This document shows positions 6,323 to 10,602 of a stretch of 10,602 nucleotides of DNA, one piece after another. The notes under the pieces were generated by a model. That model had not been told where the DNA came from and made no database searches. It saw only the letters and a program-made list of their open reading frames with translations. The first letter of the stretch is position 1. Every line of letters starts with the position of its first letter. Made by a program: the position numbers and the translations under genes. The DNA comes from Promethearchaeota archaeon (GTDB lineage: Archaea; Asgardarchaeota; Lokiarchaeia; Sigyniarchaeales; SOKP01), in assembly GCA_018238625.1 (NCBI GenBank), contig JABCSY010000124.1, positions 1 through 10,602 of the forward strand. Reading direction: 5' to 3'.

Positions 6323-8002
6323 ATGAAAACCATGAAAAATTTAAATAAAAAATACCTGGCTTTAGGAATTGCACTTATTTTCTGCTTATGTTGCTTTTCT
6401 TCTGCAAAATTCATTGAAAACAATGCTACTAAAATTGAGTTTCAAGAAGAATCTTTGCCAAAAACTAATGCATTCACACAAACACTTTTACATTCTTATG
6501 ATTTTGAAGGTGATACGGTAGGTCAGGATCCTTCAGGACTTACATTGAGCGTCATAGAACCTGTAGGGAGTGGCACTGCTAACATTGATAACCTAGTCGA
6601 TATCCAGCAGAATCACGTAGCAATACATAAGTCTGGAGGATCAGAGCGAGTTGAGCTTAGAGATAATATTTCCTATTATGGTGCCTCGTTTGATGCAGGA
6701 ATATTTCATTGTAAGATTTATCATGATGACAGCCTTTTCGGAATATTGTTTTACGATGACATAGGGGTTCTTTTTCGATTAGATTGGTATGACGGCATTA
6801 TAGGGAGATGGAGCCCCCATTCAGAGTATACATACTACAATTATAATCAATGGTATGATGTGGTCGTATATTTTAATATTTCACTAGGATGGATGTTTGA
6901 GATAGATGGGGTAAGGTTCGGAGATGGATACACATATCCTTTCGAGCACAGTGGCTCTGGTGGATTAGAGTGGATTCGATGGTGTTCAGCTTTTAGTGGT
7001 GGAGGCAATGGCTACTTCCGCGTTGATGATGTTGAATTCTATTATTATGATTCTTTAGTTGTTACAACTCCTAACAGTTCCAGTATATGGGAAACAGGTA
7101 CATCTCAATCCATTTACTGGAATTCAACGGGCACTATTTCAGATGTAATGATTGAACTCTTTAAAGATGATGTTTTTGTAACGGAGATTACTCCTAATAC
7201 GCCAAATGATGGTGAATATTATTGGACAATACCCTCGGGGTTAGATGGCTCTGGACAATATCAGATAAAAATCAAAGATGCTTCTTATCCTTCCACATAC
7301 AGTTTTAGCGAATATTTTGAGATATACAAACCTACTATCACAATAACTAATCCTCATAGTGAAAGTGTTTGGGAAATTGATGCTTCTGAATATATTAGTT
7401 GGACTTCAACAGGATCTATGGCAAACGTAATAATTGAACTCTACAATAATGATGCCTTTGTAATGCAAATTACACCAAGTACACCCAATGATGGTACCTA
7501 TTTCTGGGCAGTATCCTCGGGGCTAGATGGCTCTGGACAATATCAGATAAAAATCACTGATGTATCTGATCCTTCCGTCTACGATTTTAGCGACTATTTT
7601 GAGATATTCAAACCTACTATTACAATAACTAATCCTCATAGTGAAAGTGTTTGGGAAATTGATGCTTCTGAATATATTAATTGGACTTCAACAGGACCTA
7701 TGGCAAACGTAATAATTGAACTCTTTAAAGATGATGTTTTTGTAACGGAGATTACTCCTAATACGCCGAATGATGGTGCCTATTCCTGGGCAGTATCCTT
7801 GGTGTTAAATGGCTCTGGACAATATCAGATAAAAATCACTGATGCATCTGATCCATCCGTCTACGATTTTAGCGACTATTTTGAGATAACGAGTCCAGCA
7901 TCCACAGAACCACCTGAAATTCCAGGATATAACCTCTATATATTAATAGGTATAATTAGTGTAATTTCAGTTATACTTGTTAAGAAACGAATTTTAAAAT
8001 AA
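6323..8002 (+). CDS. Secreted, C-terminally anchored surface protein: signal peptide, beta-sandwich domain, 3 Ig-like repeats, Loki-CTERM-type sorting signal
   Basis: Basic plus hydrophobic N-terminus (start may be ATG 6332). The domain bounded by YDFEGD.VG..PSG and FRVDDV is LamG/CBM-like by pattern. Three 94-aa repeats (IT.P....W......I.W...G....V.IEL...DG.Y.W.......G.YQIKI) resemble the Ser/Thr-rich GPI-anchored (Kre9/Knh1-like Ig) family. Ends in EIPGYNLYILIGIISVISVILVKKRILK. Confidence 0.9.
   Translation: MKTMKNLNKKYLALGIALIFCLCCFSSAKFIENNATKIEFQEESLPKTNAFTQTLLHSYDFEGDTVGQDPSGLTLSVIEPVGSGTANIDNLVDIQQNHVAIHKSGGSERVELRDNISYYGASFDAGIFHCKIYHDDSLFGILFYDDIGVLFRLDWYDGIIGRWSPHSEYTYYNYNQWYDVVVYFNISLGWMFEIDGVRFGDGYTYPFEHSGSGGLEWIRWCSAFSGGGNGYFRVDDVEFYYYDSLVVTTPNSSSIWETGTSQSIYWNSTGTISDVMIELFKDDVFVTEITPNTPNDGEYYWTIPSGLDGSGQYQIKIKDASYPSTYSFSEYFEIYKPTITITNPHSESVWEIDASEYISWTSTGSMANVIIELYNNDAFVMQITPSTPNDGTYFWAVSSGLDGSGQYQIKITDVSDPSVYDFSDYFEIFKPTITITNPHSESVWEIDASEYINWTSTGPMANVIIELFKDDVFVTEITPNTPNDGAYSWAVSLVLNGSGQYQIKITDASDPSVYDFSDYFEITSPASTEPPEIPGYNLYILIGIISVISVILVKKRILK
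7055..7888 (+). repeat. Three tandem intragenic 282-bp (94-aa) repeats starting at 7055, 7337 and 7619
   Basis: AAACCTACTAT recurs at 7328 and 7610 (282 bp apart). All three units share ATGGCTCTGGACAATATCAGATAAAAATCA. Confidence 0.95.
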
Positions 8003-8003
8003 C

Positions 8004-8017
8004 TTTTTTTTTTTTTT
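8004..8017 (+). terminator. Oligo-T (T14) archaeal-type terminator
   Basis: T14 run starting 2 nt after the TAA of the surface-protein gene, with no preceding GC hairpin. Confidence 0.7.
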
Positions 8018-8218
8018 AAGAAATAGGATTCTGATTAGTTTACTTAATTTTTAATAAGCTAGTAAGTGTTTTAAATTGATTTGAAGCTATTTTAATCAGA
8101 GAGAATGGTTTTTATATTTTTGCTTCATCAACATCTAATTCAATATTCATATTAGTTTCATCCAATTCACTGTAATGAACCGAAAGAACTTATTTAAATA
8201 ATTTATTTTGATTTGTTT

Positions 8219-8242
8219 AAGAAAAAAAGAAGAGAAAAATAA
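8219..8242 (-). terminator. Pyrimidine-rich terminator-like tract after the acyl-CoA dehydrogenase; also direct repeat copy 2
   Basis: Minus strand TTATTTTTCTCTTCTTTTTTTCTT begins 22 nt after the stop codon; 21 bp are identical to 5858-5878. Confidence 0.55.
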
Positions 8243-8264
8243 TTTATTATGAAGAAATAGGATT

Positions 8265-9449
8265 TTATAATAGTCGGAAAATTTGACGTAAGCCGTAGCT
8301 CATGATATATTGCTGAATTTGTCTTGTTCCGCCTCCAATCTCTTGGATTCTACTAATTCCTAATAAATCATGCATTAGAGTATTATCACAAACTCCAGCT
8401 CCACCCATAAGGTTAGCACATTCATAAACTACCCGTTCAGAAAGTTTTGTACTAAGGAATTTAAGTTGTGAGGCAGTAATACCCAAAGCTAAATTGAATT
8501 CTTTAGGGAGCGTACCTAATTTCTCCATTTTATCGTCAATTATTTGGCAAATATTTAAGGTTGCTAAAGTCATACTCGTTGTTTGCGACCAGAGATCAGA
8601 CAGAGGAAATCCTACGCCTTGATGTTTCAATATTTCCTTATCAAATTGCTTTCTCATGTTAGTGTATATTACGGCATGAGTAATCGCGTTCCAGGCTTCA
8701 GCAAGATTTAAACACACAATTCCTAATCTTTCTAAATTAAGGCCTTCAAATAAGTGTGACCGCCCATCACCTGGTCTACCCAATACATATTTAGGAGGAA
8801 CTTTCATATTTGTAAAAGTCTCTTTACCTATATGCAACCTGGGGGTCCAAGGGATGTTAACCCGTTCGACTTCCCATCCGTCCCACGAGGTGTCAACTAA
8901 TAATTGGGCCATTGTGTTACCGTTATTCTTCTCTGTAACAGCGTAAATAACCGCCCAGTCTGCTTTAGGTCCATTAGTTTGATAAATCTTTACTCCGTTA
9001 AGAAGGAAGCCTCCATCCTCTTGCTCTTCACAAGTAGTTAGCATACGAACCGCATCAGAACCTCTTTCTGGTTCAGTTATACAAATACAGGCTATTTTTT
9101 CTCCAGTTACTAATTCTTTTAGCGCTTTTAATCGAACATCGATATTTTCGTGATGGAGCATTAATGGATTCACTACTAAAACTGTAGCCCCAGCGCCCAT
9201 TGCTAGCTGAGGATCGAAAAAATCCATAGCCAGAACTCTCATAAACTCAGTCGTCATCCCATAAGTTTCGAAATCTAAACCAATGTTGTCAAATTTATGC
9301 ATTCGAGTTATATACCCGTTTCTTCCGATTTCGGGTATCCATTGGTAGAAATCTTCGTTATGGGTTATGCTATTATCCTTTTCAAATTTCACAAAAAACT
9401 TTTGGGCTTGTTTAAGGAAATTGAAGTGCTTCGGTTTCAAAAAACTCAT
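8265..9449 (-). CDS. Acyl-CoA dehydrogenase (isovaleryl-CoA/LCAD-type catalytic base)
   Basis: CITEPERGSDA, LNGVKIYQTNG, GLNLERL, RKQFDKEI, LMGGAG, EIGGGTRQIQ. ATG 9449 (MSFLKPK) gives a family-typical 394 aa. The frame is open to 9554, so the start is uncertain. Confidence 0.93.
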   Translation of the reverse strand: MSFLKPKHFNFLKQAQKFFVKFEKDNSITHNEDFYQWIPEIGRNGYITRMHKFDNIGLDFETYGMTTEFMRVLAMDFFDPQLAMGAGATVLVVNPLMLHHENIDVRLKALKELVTGEKIACICITEPERGSDAVRMLTTCEEQEDGGFLLNGVKIYQTNGPKADWAVIYAVTEKNNGNTMAQLLVDTSWDGWEVERVNIPWTPRLHIGKETFTNMKVPPKYVLGRPGDGRSHLFEGLNLERLGIVCLNLAEAWNAITHAVIYTNMRKQFDKEILKHQGVGFPLSDLWSQTTSMTLATLNICQIIDDKMEKLGTLPKEFNLALGITASQLKFLSTKLSERVVYECANLMGGAGVCDNTLMHDLLGISRIQEIGGGTRQIQQYIMSYGLRQIFRLL

Positions 9450-9560
9450 CAAATTGTAATTTAAAAATTTATTACGGGTTTTTAGCGAGAGTTTTTCGAG
9501 AATTTCATCATTTATACATTGAACTTGTCCTTTCATATTATTCAATAACATCAACTCTTT

Positions 9561-9584
9561 GAGTTAGAAAAAAAATTTATAATT
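9561..9584 (-). promoter_or_regulatory. Candidate promoter of the acyl-CoA dehydrogenase: AATTATAAAT-N6-TCTAACTC
   Basis: Same two blocks as at 5783-5807. Here the second block is part of a dyad, AACTC-TTT-GAGTT (9553-9565). Confidence 0.45.
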
Positions 9585-9630
9585 ATATTTAGTATTTGAT
9601 GAGGTCATTAAAATAATTTTATAAAAATAG

Positions 9631-9640
9631 AAAAAAAAAA
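9631..9640 (-). terminator. Oligo-T (T10) terminator after the acyl-CoA synthetase
   Basis: A10 on the plus strand, 7 nt beyond the stop codon, followed on the minus strand by further T-runs. Confidence 0.6.
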
Positions 9641-9647
9641 GTTTTAA

Positions 9648-10602
9648 TTAATCATTTTTGGTTTCTTCTTCTCGAAGTGCTCTTTTTAATATTTTACCCA
9701 CTAATGTGAGAGGTAACTCATCTATAAAAGCCCAAACTCTAGGATTTTCATATTTCGAAAGATGTTCAGATGCGTAATTTTTCAAATTCTTTTTCACAGT
9801 TTCATTTGGTTCAATTCCCTCTTTAAGTTGAACAACTGCTTTAACAATTTCACTACCAGGGCGGTCTGGGTCTTTTAACCCAATAATCGCTATTAATTCG
9901 ATGTCAGGATGTTTTGTTAAAATATCTTCTACATGAACGCTATAGACCTTATATCCACTTACGATTAACATATCTTTAGTTCGATCTACAATTTTAATGA
10001 ACCCGTCTTCATCCATAACACCAACGTCTCCCGTATGAAGCCAGCCGTCAATAATAGTTTGAGCATTTGCTTCTGGTTTGTTATAGTACCCTCTAGTGAC
10101 TTGAGGTCCTTTGCAAATTATTTCCCCGGGTTTGCCAAGCTCCACTTGTTCTCCAGTTTCAACATCAACAAGGCGTAATTCGGTATCTGGCATTGGTAAA
10201 CCAACAGTGCCTATTTTTTTTTTACCATAAAAAGGATTCATGGTAAGCACGGGTGATGTTTCGGTCATACCATATAATTCCAATAATTTGTTTTTCGCAA
10301 ACATCGAATCTTCGAAATCGTGAATTGCTTCCGCGGGAAATGGTGCAGCACCAGAAACATAAACGTCTACATTATCAAAGGTGGACTTGGAAACATCCTT
10401 TATTTTTGGATTATTTTTTATAGCTAAAAATAATGTTGGTACATTCACCACTATCTTAGGATTTTTATCCATTATTTCTTTTATAATATGGTTTGTATCC
10501 CTAGGGTTAGCAATTAATATTTGCCCAGCTGAAGTATACAAGGTTGACATGCCCATAAATAGCCCTGCTAAATGAAAGAGTGGAAAAGCAGATAAATTAA
10601 AT
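9648..10602 (-). CDS. AMP-binding acyl-CoA synthetase (long-chain fatty-acid-CoA ligase-like), 5'-partial
   Basis: The frame stays open past 10556 to the window edge (FNLSAFPLFHLAGLFMG...). Motifs PLFH, SGAAP, YGMTETSP, GWLHTGD, DRTKDMLIVSGYKVY, LPLTLVGKILKR. Confidence 0.95.
   Translation of the reverse strand, partial: FNLSAFPLFHLAGLFMGMSTLYTSAGQILIANPRDTNHIIKEIMDKNPKIVVNVPTLFLAIKNNPKIKDVSKSTFDNVDVYVSGAAPFPAEAIHDFEDSMFAKNKLLELYGMTETSPVLTMNPFYGKKKIGTVGLPMPDTELRLVDVETGEQVELGKPGEIICKGPQVTRGYYNKPEANAQTIIDGWLHTGDVGVMDEDGFIKIVDRTKDMLIVSGYKVYSVHVEDILTKHPDIELIAIIGLKDPDRPGSEIVKAVVQLKEGIEPNETVKKNLKNYASEHLSKYENPRVWAFIDELPLTLVGKILKRALREEETKND

Noticed and set aside
6183-6374. Minus-strand 63-aa ORF
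   Set aside because: Overlaps the promoter and start of the surface-protein gene. Its F/K/I/N/Y composition is what AT-rich non-coding DNA gives.
7337-7888. Near-identical repeats as a diversity-generating retroelement TR/VR pair
   Set aside because: Many mismatches do not involve adenine (TCT/CCT, TTC/TCC, TCG/TTG, GGG/GTG, GTA/GCA), both copies are in-frame domains, and there is no reverse transcriptase in the window.
10381-10575. Plus-strand 64-aa hydrophobic ORF
   Set aside because: Antisense to the acyl-CoA synthetase, which is open through this region.
1-10602. CRISPR array, tRNA/rRNA, transposase or integrase
   Set aside because: No regularly spaced short repeats, no GC-rich structured RNA segment, and no ORF with recombinase motifs were seen by eye; a covariance-model search was not possible.

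Overview
AT-rich prokaryotic window, probably from an Asgard archaeon (Lokiarchaeia). This is inferred from an IPGY-TM-basic 'Loki-CTERM'-type C-terminus, archaeal TATA boxes and oligo-T terminators. The minus strand, read right to left, carries an acyl-CoA synthetase (5'-truncated), an IVD/LCAD-type acyl-CoA dehydrogenase, a crotonase-family isomerase, a DUF1846 (UPF0371) P-loop protein, a divergent CTP synthase (pyrG), a 63-aa Cys4 microprotein and the carbamoyl-phosphate synthase small subunit (carA; runs off the left edge and is missing from the ORF track). One plus-strand gene interrupts the beta-oxidation genes. It encodes a surface protein with three mosaic 282-bp Ig-like repeats, has a TATA box plus a perfect 11-bp inverted repeat upstream, and is bracketed by a 21-bp direct repeat. 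The best leads are the DUF1846-pyrG-microprotein-carA pyrimidine cluster, the atypical PyrG motifs, the patchwork repeats, and a promoter motif shared by two beta-oxidation genes. No RNA genes, CRISPR arrays or transposases were seen. All family calls come from motif recognition, not database searches.
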